64,000 nucleotides of DNA, taken from an uncultured Trueperaceae bacterium. Lineage in GTDB: Bacteria > Deinococcota > Deinococci > Deinococcales > Trueperaceae. The position numbers and the translations under genes were made by a program. Below the pieces are notes generated by a model. That model was not told the origin of the DNA and did no database searches. It saw only the letters and a list, made by a program, of their open reading frames with translations. The stretch spans positions 64,001 through 128,000 of the forward strand of contig CAWFFU010000009.1 of the NCBI GenBank assembly GCA_963815215.1, in the 5' to 3' direction. This document shows, one piece after another, positions 20,521 through 29,417 of this stretch (the first letter of the stretch is position 1; every line of letters begins with the position of its first letter).

Positions 20521-21714
20521 TCAACGCCCCGCGCGTGGGTCCAGATACGGTAGCGGGTCGATGGGCTGGTTGTGCACCCGTATCTCGAAGTGCACGTGGG
20601 GACCCGTCGAGTCGCCGGTGCTCCCCACGCGCGCGATCAGCGCTCCGGCCTGAACCGTCTCACCGCGTTGGACCAGCAGCACCGATGCGTGCCCGTAGTA
20701 GTAGTCGGTGTCGCCGTTGCGGATGATGATGCACAGACCGTAACCGCCGTTCCATCCGGCCAGCGCCACGGTGCCGCCTACGGCGGCGTGGATCGGCTCA
20801 CCGATATGGCCCGCGATGTCGAGGCCCGTGTGGAAGTTGGACCCGGCAACGCGCAACAGACGGTACCCGAAGTAGGACGTGATGCGTCCCTGGATGGGCC
20901 ACAGCATGGACTTCATGGAATTGGGTTGCGGCCCCCCGGCCGGCGGGGCGGCACGACCGAGCTCGTTGGGTAGCACGATGGTGAGACTCTGACCCGGGAA
21001 CAGCTCGGTGGAGGACAGCCCGTTGGCGCTCATCAGCGCGGCGACCGTGGTGCCGTTCGCGTGCGCGATCGACCACAGGCTCTCGCCCTTGGTGACGCTG
21101 ACTGTCGGGGGTGCTGCCCCGCCCACGTCGGTACTGGCCGAGGCGTACTGCCCTGGCACCCTCAACGTCTCGCCCGGCTGCAACGTGGCGTTCGCAGTGA
21201 TGCCGTTGGCACCCGTCAGGGCGGCGACCGTGATGCCATGAGCCTGGGCGATACCCCAGAGCGTGTCGCCCGATCGGACCGCGACACGCAACGCCGGGGG
21301 CGTGCTCTTCCCGGGGCGCAGGACGAGCTTCTGGCCCGGGCGAATGACCGAGCCGGAGAGATGGTTGTAGGCGATCAGATCCTCGACGCTCAAGTGAGAC
21401 CCCAGCGCGATGCTGTAGAGCGAGTCCCCCGGTTGAACCACGTAGGTGACGGGATTCGCGTCGCTCCCAGAAGGCAGTTGCAGGGCGGTCCCCGGCTGCA
21501 GATGGTCACCGGCGAGATGGTTGGTGGTCTTCAGCGCCTCCACCGTAGTGCCGTAGCGCTGCGCGATGGCCCAGAGGCTGTCACCGGGCTGCACAGTCAC
21601 GCTGGCGACCGGCCCAGGCGTGGACGTGCCGCCGTCGGCGAAGGAAACACCGACCAGCGTCGAGAGAAGGATCGCGACCATGAGAAGGAAATGCCGAATC
21701 GTAGGCACCATCAC
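20521..21714 (-). CDS. Secreted 4xLysM + M23 metallopeptidase (peptidoglycan endopeptidase)
   Basis: Signal peptide; four GD/ESLxxIA LysM repeats; M23 motifs HTGLD and STGPHVHFE. Confidence 0.93.
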   Translation of the reverse strand: MMVPTIRHFLLMVAILLSTLVGVSFADGGTSTPGPVASVTVQPGDSLWAIAQRYGTTVEALKTTNHLAGDHLQPGTALQLPSGSDANPVTYVVQPGDSLYSIALGSHLSVEDLIAYNHLSGSVIRPGQKLVLRPGKSTPPALRVAVRSGDTLWGIAQAHGITVAALTGANGITANATLQPGETLRVPGQYASASTDVGGAAPPTVSVTKGESLWSIAHANGTTVAALMSANGLSSTELFPGQSLTIVLPNELGRAAPPAGGPQPNSMKSMLWPIQGRITSYFGYRLLRVAGSNFHTGLDIAGHIGEPIHAAVGGTVALAGWNGGYGLCIIIRNGDTDYYYGHASVLLVQRGETVQAGALIARVGSTGDSTGPHVHFEIRVHNQPIDPLPYLDPRAGR

Positions 21715-21983
21715 ACCCTAACCGGCTGAGGCGCACCGACGCCCCGAGAAGCCGCCGATGGAGTCCCGAGGACGATATCCGACACCGAATCCGACCTTAT
21801 GAGAGGTCCGTCTCAGCATGCCCGCTTCGACTCCCATGATGTGTGCATCCGGTTCCCTGGGCCCATGGCTTCCCACGCGGTTGGTTCCCGGATCACGGGG
21901 GTCGCGCGTCGGCCGAGGTCGCGGGAATGCCTTCTCACCTGTTGCACACATCGCTCCTCATGCCGCAGTGGTATTTTCGCCGC

Positions 21984-22844
21984 ATGCGATGGTGGCTCGC
22001 GATCCTCTCGATGGCCCTTGCCCCGGCCACCTTCGCTCAAGCTCCCGCCACGCCTCCCGTTCCCACCTGCGCCGTCGCCGACGTTTCCACTGCCTTCACG
22101 GGCTACGACCAGTGGCCGTACACCATGGTCGACACCCACTTCCGGCTGCCCGCCGACTACGCCCCGCCCGACCTCGTCTCCACCAGCGAAGCGGGCCTGA
22201 ACGGCGACCAGCGACTGCGAGCCTTCGTCATCCCGCATCTCGGAGCCCTGGCCGAAGCCGCCGCCGCCGCGGGCCATCCCATCGCCGTCCAGAGCGGCTA
22301 CCGCTCCTACCACACGCAGGTCGTCACGTTCGACTACTGGGTGAAGGTCGACGGCTACGCCTACGCCCTGAAGTCCAGCGCCAGGCCGGGGCACTCCGAG
22401 CACCAGCTCGGCACCGCCCTCGACATCCGCGCGAAGGGCGGCAAGGCACCGTGGGACTATCAGGACTGGGCGGCCACGCCGACCGGCTCGTGGGTCGCGG
22501 CCAACGCCTGGCGGTACGGCTTCGCGATGAGCTACCCGAAGGGCGAAGAGGCCACGACCTGCTACATGTACGAGCCCTGGCACTACCGCTTCTTCGGCCT
22601 CGCCGAAGCGAAGCGCATACACGACGCCGCCACGACCACCCGCGCGTACCTGTGGGCGCGCTGGCAAGCCAGTCCCCAGGCGACGACGGCGTCAGCGGCC
22701 AACCCGTCCAGCATCACCGTCCAAGCCGGGGACACGCTCTGGAGCCTCGCGCAACGCTACGGCACCACCGTCACCGCTCTACGGAAGGCCAACGGCCTGA
22801 CCAGCGACATGCTGAACGTCGGCGCGACCCTCGTCCTACCCTAG
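21984..22844 (+). CDS. M15B (VanY-like) D,D/L,D-carboxypeptidase with C-terminal LysM
   Basis: Signal peptide MRWWLAILSMALAPATFA; SGYRS..Q, SARPGHSEHQLGTALD, YEPWH; terminal LysM. Confidence 0.9.
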   Translation: MRWWLAILSMALAPATFAQAPATPPVPTCAVADVSTAFTGYDQWPYTMVDTHFRLPADYAPPDLVSTSEAGLNGDQRLRAFVIPHLGALAEAAAAAGHPIAVQSGYRSYHTQVVTFDYWVKVDGYAYALKSSARPGHSEHQLGTALDIRAKGGKAPWDYQDWAATPTGSWVAANAWRYGFAMSYPKGEEATTCYMYEPWHYRFFGLAEAKRIHDAATTTRAYLWARWQASPQATTASAANPSSITVQAGDTLWSLAQRYGTTVTALRKANGLTSDMLNVGATLVLP

Positions 22845-22911
22845 GAGCGCCGGCGCTCGGAGCTGGACCCTTCCGACACGTGGACGAGGTCATATGCCGA
22901 GCGTATCGACC

Positions 22912-23442
22912 TCATGATCGATCGGTCGCCGTCGGCTCCGCGGCGATCACCCCGAGCTTGAGCATGGTCCGGCGCAGCGATCTGAGATCGGCGTTGGTGA
23001 GGCGGCCGGTGAAGTGCTCCTCGATCTTGCGGTGGTGCTCCGCCGCGAGCCGGTCGCAGGTGGTGCGGCCCTTCTCCGTGAGCGCGGCGTAGGAACCGCG
23101 CCGATCGCCGGGCACCGGCTGGCGTTGCACCAGCCCCGCTCTCTCCATGCGGTCGACCAGGCGGGTGAGGCCGCTGCGGGTGAGGACGACGGCGTCGGCC
23201 AGGTCCTGCATCCGGAGGCGTTGCTCGGGGGCGTAGGCGAGCTGGATCAGCACGTCGTACCAGGACAGGGAGAAGTCGTCGCCCTTCATGTCCTCCTCGA
23301 AGGCGCGGAGCAGGCCTGTGACGGTCCGCAGCGTCAACTCCCACACCTGCGCCCCGAGCTGCGCGTCGTCGGCTCGCGAGGTGCCGGAGGAGGCGTCCTG
23401 GGCCTCGGCAGCGGACGTCGTCGGGTTGCGCGAGGTCGGCAT
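22912..23442 (-). CDS. MarR family transcriptional regulator
   Basis: LRMQDLADAVVLTRSGLTRLVDRMERAGLVQR..DRRG..LTEKG. Confidence 0.93.
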   Translation of the reverse strand: MPTSRNPTTSAAEAQDASSGTSRADDAQLGAQVWELTLRTVTGLLRAFEEDMKGDDFSLSWYDVLIQLAYAPEQRLRMQDLADAVVLTRSGLTRLVDRMERAGLVQRQPVPGDRRGSYAALTEKGRTTCDRLAAEHHRKIEEHFTGRLTNADLRSLRRTMLKLGVIAAEPTATDRS

Positions 23443-23463
23443 GCCTCAGTATGTCGACTGAAA

Positions 23464-23521
23464 ATTGTAGGCGCAATGATTGACAACGCAACCACAGTCT
23501 GCTAGTGTCTGCCCACGCAAT
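23464..23521 (+). promoter_or_regulatory. Sigma70-type promoter (TTGACA-17-TAGTGT) overlapped by three candidate MarR boxes
   Basis: -35 at 23480-23485, -10 at 23503-23508; boxes ATTGTAGGCGCAAT (23464), ATTGACAACGCAAC (23479), TCTGCCCACGCAAT (23508). Confidence 0.7.
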
Positions 23522-23715
23522 CAGCGCGTTAACGAGGGATCGAAGCGGCGGCAGGGTCCTGCCCGGCGTAGGCGGAGATCAACGGCAAGGCGGGCGTGAC
23601 CCGCCGGTCCGAGGTCGGCTACCTCGACCGCGTCGCCAAGGCGGCCCCGTAGGCACGCCTTGGGCGTGACTCGATAGGCCCCGCGGGACGATCGAGCGGT
23701 CGGAAGGGGGCCCAG

Positions 23716-24687
23716 GTGGAGATCGTCTGGTTCGACGAGGAACGCAGTCGAGACGTCGCCCTGGTGGGAGGGAAGGCCGCGAGCTTGAGTCGTCTGGCGG
23801 CCCGCCACCGGGTGCCGCCCGCGTTCTGCCTCACCACGGCGGCGTACGACGTCTGGAGTCGCACGGCACGGCCCGCGCACCGTCAAGGGACGCTCCCGTT
23901 GCCACAGACGCTGCGCGCGTCGCTCCGGCAGGCCTACGACGAGCTCGGGCGGCGCTGCGGGGTCGACGCGCTGCGCGTGGCCGTACGTTCGTCGGCCGTC
24001 GACGAGGACGGTGCCGAGGCTTCGTTCGCGGGCCAGCACGAGACCTTCCTCAACGTGATCGGGATGGACGCCGTCGGCGAGGCCCTGATCCGTTGCTGGA
24101 GCTCGGGGCGCAGCCAGCGCGCGCTGGCCTACCGCCACAGCAGCGGCCTGGACGGCGAGCGGATCCGGCTGGCCGTGCTGGTACAGCAACTCGTGCCGGC
24201 GGACGCCTCGGCCGTCGTGTTCAGTGCCGACCCCGTCAACGGTCGACGCGACCAGGTCCTGATCGACGCCAGCTTCGGGCTCGGCGAGAGCATCGTCGGG
24301 GGCTCGGTGACGCCCGACGCCTACCGCGTGGACAAGCGCTCGGGGGTCGTGGTCGACCGCACCATCGGCTCCAAGACCGTCATGCACATCCCGGCGCCCG
24401 GGGGTACCCGGGAGGTGCCGGTGCCCCGTCCGCTGCGTGCGCTACCTGCCCTGACCGACGAGCAGTGCGCTTCCTGCGCCGCCCTCGCCACCTCCCTAGA
24501 GGCCGAGATGGGTCACCCCGTCGACGTCGAGTGCGCGTTCCACGACGGCCGGCTCTACCTGCTGCAATGCCGCCCGATCACCCGTCTGCCGGCGGACCCG
24601 GCCGAGGCGCAGGCTCCCCGCCTCGACGAGGAGGTGGAGGCCGAGCCCGATCATGACGACCCGCTACCGCCGCATCCCCAGGCCTGA
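23716..24687 (+). CDS. PEP/pyruvate-binding (ATP-grasp, PPDK_N) subunit of a PEP-synthase/Rph-like dikinase
   Basis: VGGKAASL, AVRSSAVDED..SFAGQHET, GLGESIVGG, LQCRPIT. Confidence 0.92.
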   Translation: MEIVWFDEERSRDVALVGGKAASLSRLAARHRVPPAFCLTTAAYDVWSRTARPAHRQGTLPLPQTLRASLRQAYDELGRRCGVDALRVAVRSSAVDEDGAEASFAGQHETFLNVIGMDAVGEALIRCWSSGRSQRALAYRHSSGLDGERIRLAVLVQQLVPADASAVVFSADPVNGRRDQVLIDASFGLGESIVGGSVTPDAYRVDKRSGVVVDRTIGSKTVMHIPAPGGTREVPVPRPLRALPALTDEQCASCAALATSLEAEMGHPVDVECAFHDGRLYLLQCRPITRLPADPAEAQAPRLDEEVEAEPDHDDPLPPHPQA

Positions 24688-24714
24688 CCGGTGGACCCCA
24701 GGAGGAGAGAAGCC

Positions 24715-26418
24715 ATGACCGACTCGCACGCTGCACCCTTCACCGCTGTGCCCATCCCGACGCCCGAGGACTTCCCGCTGACGTGGGACGATCCGATGGA
24801 AGCGAAGCTCCAATGGGTGCGCGACCGCATGCACTTTCCGCAGGTCGTGTCGCCCGCCCTGGACCTGTTCTTCGAGGCCCACAACGCCGGCTTCGTCCAC
24901 GCCTTCGCGCTCTACGAGATGCCGCTCGAAGCACTGGTGCTCCGCCGCATCAACGGCTACGCCTACAGCGCCACGGTCCCCCGGCAACTGACGCACGACG
25001 AGATGGCGGCCATGGGCCAGCGCGCGCAGCACAACCTCGGGGCGGCCATGATGCGCTTGGCCGGACACTGGAACGATGACCTGCTGCCCGAAGTGAAGGA
25101 GCACCTGCGCTTCTGGCAGGACGCCGACCTGTCGGGCGCCTCGCTCGATCAGCTCGTCGCCCTCGCCGAGGAGACGCGTCGGCGCTGGAAGCGGCTGTGG
25201 GAGATCCACTTCGAGCTGATGGTCCCGACGCTGCTCGCCGGCTCGCTGTTCCAGGACACCTACGCCGACCTCTTCGGCGTCGAGCAGGCGTTCGACGCCT
25301 ACACGCTGCTGCAGGGCTTCGGCAACAAGACCACCGAGATCAACGTCGCCCTGTGGCGTCTAGCGCATGAGGCGAGCGAGGACGTTCGCGAGGTCGTCCT
25401 CGGCACGGGAACGCCCGGTATCGCGGGCGCTCTCCGCGCGACCGACTCCGGGCGCCGCTTCCTGGAGGCCTTCGACGCCTACCTGCAGGAGTACGGCCGG
25501 CGCAGCGAGACGTGGGAGCTGGGCATCCCGACCTGGCTCGAGGACCCCACGCCGGTCTGGCGCATGTTGCGCGAACACCTCGCGCAGCCGGAGACCGACC
25601 CCGAGGCCGAGCTGACCCGCCTGGCCGAGCTGCGCGAGGCCGCCGTGGCCGACACCCGCGCCCGGCTCGCCGACTACCCTCGGCCGGTGGTCGAGCACTT
25701 CGAAGCCATGCTCCGCGCGGCGCAGGCCGGCGTGGTGCTGTCCGAGGACCACGGCTTCTACATCGACTTCGACGGCGCCTACCACGTCCGCCGGGTGCTG
25801 CTCGAGCTCGGGCGGCGCATGGCGGCCGCGGGCGCGTTGGCGTCCGCCGACGACGTCATGCTGCTCACGCTCGATGAGGTCCTGGAGTCGGTGCACGAGC
25901 AACCGATCGCCGACCGCCGCGCGCTCGTCGAGGAACGTCGTCGCGAGCTCGCCCGCTTCGGCGCCGTGCAAGAGCCCGAGATGGTGGGTACCCAGCAGGC
26001 CGGCCCGCCGCCGGAAGACCCGGTCGGCCGCGCCATCGGGCGCTTCTTCGGCACGCCTCCGCAGGAGAGCGCCGATCCCGAGGTCCTGAAGGGGCATGCC
26101 GGCTCGCCCGGCGTGGCAAGGGGCGTGGCACGCGTGGCGCGGTCGCTGTCCGAGGCCCAGAACGTGCGCCGGGGGGAGATCCTGGTCGCGGCCATGACCG
26201 CCCCGTCGTGGACGCCGCTCTTCGGCACGGTCGCGGCGGTCGTCACCGACACGGGCGGCGTGCTGTCGCACAGCGCTGTGGTGGCGCGCGAGTACGGCAT
26301 CCCGGCTGTGGTCGGCACGCTCCGGGCCACCGCGCTCGTCCACGACGGGCAGATCATCGAGGTCGACGGCGCCGCCGGCACGGTGCGCCTCGTCACGGCC
26401 GGCGCCGAGTTGGCTTGA
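24715..26418 (+). CDS. Substrate-binding + phospho-His swivel subunit of an Rph-like phosphotransferase
   Basis: AGGAGG RBS; large helical central region; C-terminal TDTGGVLSHSAVVAREYGIPAVVG swivel motif; no pyruvate-binding barrel. Confidence 0.88.
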   Translation: MTDSHAAPFTAVPIPTPEDFPLTWDDPMEAKLQWVRDRMHFPQVVSPALDLFFEAHNAGFVHAFALYEMPLEALVLRRINGYAYSATVPRQLTHDEMAAMGQRAQHNLGAAMMRLAGHWNDDLLPEVKEHLRFWQDADLSGASLDQLVALAEETRRRWKRLWEIHFELMVPTLLAGSLFQDTYADLFGVEQAFDAYTLLQGFGNKTTEINVALWRLAHEASEDVREVVLGTGTPGIAGALRATDSGRRFLEAFDAYLQEYGRRSETWELGIPTWLEDPTPVWRMLREHLAQPETDPEAELTRLAELREAAVADTRARLADYPRPVVEHFEAMLRAAQAGVVLSEDHGFYIDFDGAYHVRRVLLELGRRMAAAGALASADDVMLLTLDEVLESVHEQPIADRRALVEERRRELARFGAVQEPEMVGTQQAGPPPEDPVGRAIGRFFGTPPQESADPEVLKGHAGSPGVARGVARVARSLSEAQNVRRGEILVAAMTAPSWTPLFGTVAAVVTDTGGVLSHSAVVAREYGIPAVVGTLRATALVHDGQIIEVDGAAGTVRLVTAGAELA

Positions 26419-27902
26419 ACTCGCGCGAGACCGCCAGGGAGGAGGTCCGCCTCGTCGTCGCCGTCGCCCTGACGACGATGCTGGCGCCCCTCAACTCGAC
26501 GATGATCGCGGTGGCGCTGCCGCCCATCGCGGCCCAGTTCCACGCTAGAGCGTCCGTTCCCTGGCTGGTGACGGGCTACCTCATCGCCATGGCCTCGCTC
26601 CAACCGGTCGCCGGCAAGCTCGGCGACCGGTTCGGACGTCGGCCTCTGCTGCTCGGTGGCCTCGCCTACTTCGCGCTCGCCTCGCTGGGCGCCGCCCTCT
26701 CTCCGAGCTTCGGCTGGCTGCTGGCGTTCCGCATCCAGCAAGGCATCGCAGGTGCCCTCGCCTTCCCCAACGGCGCCGCGATGCTGCGCGAAGCGATCCC
26801 GGATGCCCGGCGAGGAGGCCGCTTCGGCCTGATCGGCGCGGGGGCGGGCCTGGCCGCCGCGGTGGGACCGCCGCTCGCCGGCGTGCTGGTGTGGTCGAGC
26901 GGCTGGCCGTCCATCTTCTACGTCAACGTGATGCTCATCGTGCCGGCGGCCTGGCTGGGATGGCGCGCCTTCCCCCGCGCCCGCCCCCGCCCCGCGCGGG
27001 GCGGGGCGCAGGGCCCGTCCCGGCGCCCCTTCGACCTACTCGGAGCGACGCTCCTGTCGGTCACGCTGATCACGGTGGCCGCCGAGCTCACGCACCATGG
27101 GCCGCTCGGAACGTGGGGCGTGGTGGGCTGGGCGTTCGCGGTCATGGCATCGATCGCCTTCGCGGTAGTGGAGTGGCGCCACCCGGACCCTGCGGTGCAG
27201 CTCCGGCTGTTCGGGCGCAGGGCCTTCGCGGCGGCCAACGCGTCGGTCGCCACCAGCAACTTCGCCATGTACGTGACGCTGCTAGCGGTGCCGCTGCTGC
27301 TGACCGATCGTTCGGGTACCAGCATCGGGGCCGGTGCGGTGCTGGCCGCCATGTCGGGCGCGATGTTCGTCGCCTCGCCGGTCGGTGGAGCGCTGGCCGA
27401 TCGCTGGGGGCGCCGCCGTCCGGCGCTGTTGGGCCTCAGCCTCCTGGTCGCCGGCACGCTCTTGCTGGCCGTGGCCGGATCGGACATCTCGATCCGCGTG
27501 CTGGTGGGGGCATTGATGCTCGTCGGCCTCGGCATCGGCACCGGTACCGCCGCCCTGCAGACGACCGCCGTGGAGGCCGCCCCGGCGCGCGATGCCGGCA
27601 TGGCCTCGGGGGTCTACACGACCAGCCGATACCTGGGTAGCATCGTCGGCTCGGCCCTGCTCGCGCGCCTGGCGGCCGGGACCGGTGCGCTCGCGGGGCC
27701 GGCGTTCATCGGGACCGTGTTCGTCCTGGTCGCGGTCGCCGCCGTCCTGGCGCTGGTCGCCGCCTTCGGGCTGCAGGATCGCCCCGCGGCTCGGCCCGGA
27801 TCCGCGCCGGAGGCGGTTGGGGCAGGGGCGGTTGAGGCAGGGGCGGTTGAGGCAGGGGCGGCAGGGGCCGGGGCGGCAGAGGCCGGGGCGTCGAGAGGCT
27901 AG
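26415..27902 (+). CDS. MFS drug:H+ antiporter (DHA2-like)
   Basis: LAPLNSTMIAVALP, GKLGDRFGRR (motif A), GPPLAG, WPSIFYVN; TTG start overlaps upstream stop. Confidence 0.9.
   Translation: MNSRETAREEVRLVVAVALTTMLAPLNSTMIAVALPPIAAQFHARASVPWLVTGYLIAMASLQPVAGKLGDRFGRRPLLLGGLAYFALASLGAALSPSFGWLLAFRIQQGIAGALAFPNGAAMLREAIPDARRGGRFGLIGAGAGLAAAVGPPLAGVLVWSSGWPSIFYVNVMLIVPAAWLGWRAFPRARPRPARGGAQGPSRRPFDLLGATLLSVTLITVAAELTHHGPLGTWGVVGWAFAVMASIAFAVVEWRHPDPAVQLRLFGRRAFAAANASVATSNFAMYVTLLAVPLLLTDRSGTSIGAGAVLAAMSGAMFVASPVGGALADRWGRRRPALLGLSLLVAGTLLLAVAGSDISIRVLVGALMLVGLGIGTGTAALQTTAVEAAPARDAGMASGVYTTSRYLGSIVGSALLARLAAGTGALAGPAFIGTVFVLVAVAAVLALVAAFGLQDRPAARPGSAPEAVGAGAVEAGAVEAGAAGAGAAEAGASRG
27811..27890 (+). 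repeat. Degenerate 15-nt tandem repeat encoding the MFS C-terminal tail (AGAVE/AGAAG)
   Basis: GGGGCGGTTGAGGCA x2 plus about 3 degenerate copies. Confidence 0.75.
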
Positions 27903-28002
27903 CGTGCGGAGCGGGCCGGGCGGCCCGGAACCGGTCTGCAAGCACGGGTGGGATCGTCTCGCCGGCGCTCGACGCGACGGCTCCGACGCCGCGCCCCGAT
28001 CC

Positions 28003-28051
28003 ATTGAAATCTCTTCAATATCTTGACGTCGCTTTCTGCGTCCCATACAAT
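28003..28051 (+). promoter_or_regulatory. Promoter TTGACG-17-TACAAT with adjacent 17-bp inverted repeat
   Basis: ATTGAA-ATCTC-TTCAAT at 28003-28019; -35 at 28023-28028; -10 at 28046-28051. Confidence 0.7.
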
Positions 28052-28095
28052 CCGCCCAACCCGATGTCGGCTGCAAGCGACGCCAGGAGGGCACG

Positions 28096-29292
28096 TTGTC
28101 TCGTCTCGGTCAAGAGAAGTCCCGTCAGGCGCTCGCTTTCGTCCCCAAGGACGATGCCTGGATCTTCGTCACGCGCGAGGGAAGCGATCCCGGCGCCCGG
28201 CTGGTGTTCGACGCCGCGGTCAGCGGCGAGGCGGCCTTCGTCCTGCGTCCGGGGCGAGGTGCGCTGGCGCTCGTCGCCAACTACGACGCCGGTCACGTCG
28301 AGCGGCTCGGGGTGTTCGACGAGATCCGCAGCTACGACCGCTCGTTCGCGAACGCCTTCACCGCCTGGCTGCGTGAGCTGGCGCCCGCTACCGTCCACCT
28401 GAACTACAGCGAACGCGACATCCTGTGCGACGGCCTCACGCACGGTCAGTTCCTGCGCACGACGCGTCTCCTGGGCGAGGCCCTGCCGGGCGTCGCGGTC
28501 GCGAGCAGCGAGCCCTACCTGCGCGAGGTGCGCGGCCGCAAGACCGCCGAGGAGGTGAGCCGGCTGCGTGAGGCGATCCGCGGCAGTGGCGCGCTCTACG
28601 CGCGCATCCGGCGCGAGCTGCGGCCCGGCATGAGCGAGCGCGAGGTGCAGGCGCGCATGAACGCCATCGCGGCCGAGCTCGGCTTCGGCGTCCACCTCGG
28701 CGACTACGGCGGCCCGTTGGTGTGCATCAACCGCGTCGGACTCGCCCACCGTGCGCCGGGGGACGACGTCCTGCAGGAGGGCGACCTGCTCATCCTCGAC
28801 CACGGGCTCGAGCACCAGGGGTACCACTCCGACATCGCACGCACGATCTACCTCCCGCGCCGGGGCGAGACGGAGCCGCCGGCCGCGGAGGCGGCCGCCT
28901 TCGCCTCCGCCCGTCAGGCCATCGAGGCGGCGTTCGCCGTGCTGCGGCCCGGCGTCAAGGGTTACGAGGTCGACGCCGCTGCGCGCCAGACCCACCTGGA
29001 CAACGGCTATCCCGAGATCAGCCACGCCACCGGCCACCAGATCGGCCGCTTCGTCCATGACGGCGGCACGACGCTGGCGCCCCGTTGGGAACGCTACGGC
29101 GACGCTCCCGAGGGCGAGGTCGCGGCCGGCAACGTGTTCACCCTCGAGCCCACCATCCTGATGTCGCCCGCGCCCTCCATGCTGGTCGAGGAGGACGTGC
29201 TCGTCACCGACGCCGGCGCGCAGTGGTTGAGCGAGCGCCAGCTCACCTTGTGGATGGCGGGCGACGACCGACCGCCTCCATCCGCGTCCTAG
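28096..29292 (+). CDS. M24 family (Xaa-Pro-type) aminopeptidase
   Basis: Metal ligands LILDHG, SDIART, HATGHQIG..VHD, TLEP, VEED; AGGAGG RBS before TTG. Confidence 0.9.
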   Translation: MSRLGQEKSRQALAFVPKDDAWIFVTREGSDPGARLVFDAAVSGEAAFVLRPGRGALALVANYDAGHVERLGVFDEIRSYDRSFANAFTAWLRELAPATVHLNYSERDILCDGLTHGQFLRTTRLLGEALPGVAVASSEPYLREVRGRKTAEEVSRLREAIRGSGALYARIRRELRPGMSEREVQARMNAIAAELGFGVHLGDYGGPLVCINRVGLAHRAPGDDVLQEGDLLILDHGLEHQGYHSDIARTIYLPRRGETEPPAAEAAAFASARQAIEAAFAVLRPGVKGYEVDAAARQTHLDNGYPEISHATGHQIGRFVHDGGTTLAPRWERYGDAPEGEVAAGNVFTLEPTILMSPAPSMLVEEDVLVTDAGAQWLSERQLTLWMAGDDRPPPSAS

Positions 29293-29417
29293 CACCGACC
29301 GCCGCGCCCGCCGCGCCCGCCGCGCCCGTCGCGCCGGAAACGCCCGCCCCCCGCTCCGTCGCCGCCCGCTCCGCCGCCGCCCGCTCACGCTCGCGGGCCC
29401 ACCCACCAGGAGGCACC

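Noticed and set aside
21715..21983. c-di-AMP (ydaO) riboswitch upstream of the LysM/M23 or VanY genes
   Set aside because: The context fits and CCGAATCC / GGGAACC fragments occur, but on opposite strands and without the conserved GTCAGCTAAC core in order.
21984..22844. Vancomycin resistance cluster
   Set aside because: VanY-like fold only; no vanHAX or vanRS nearby.
23443..23715. Rifamycin-associated element (RAE) upstream of the Rph-like genes
   Set aside because: No match to the 19-bp RAE palindrome was seen, so rifampin specificity is not claimed and no rph symbol is given.
24685..24720. Selenocysteine recoding of the in-frame TGA
   Set aside because: No SECIS-like hairpin follows, the position is a low-complexity linker, and the downstream gene has its own RBS.
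23716..26418. Housekeeping PEP synthase (ppsA) or PPDK
   Set aside because: No C-terminal pyruvate-binding barrel; the His-swivel is terminal.
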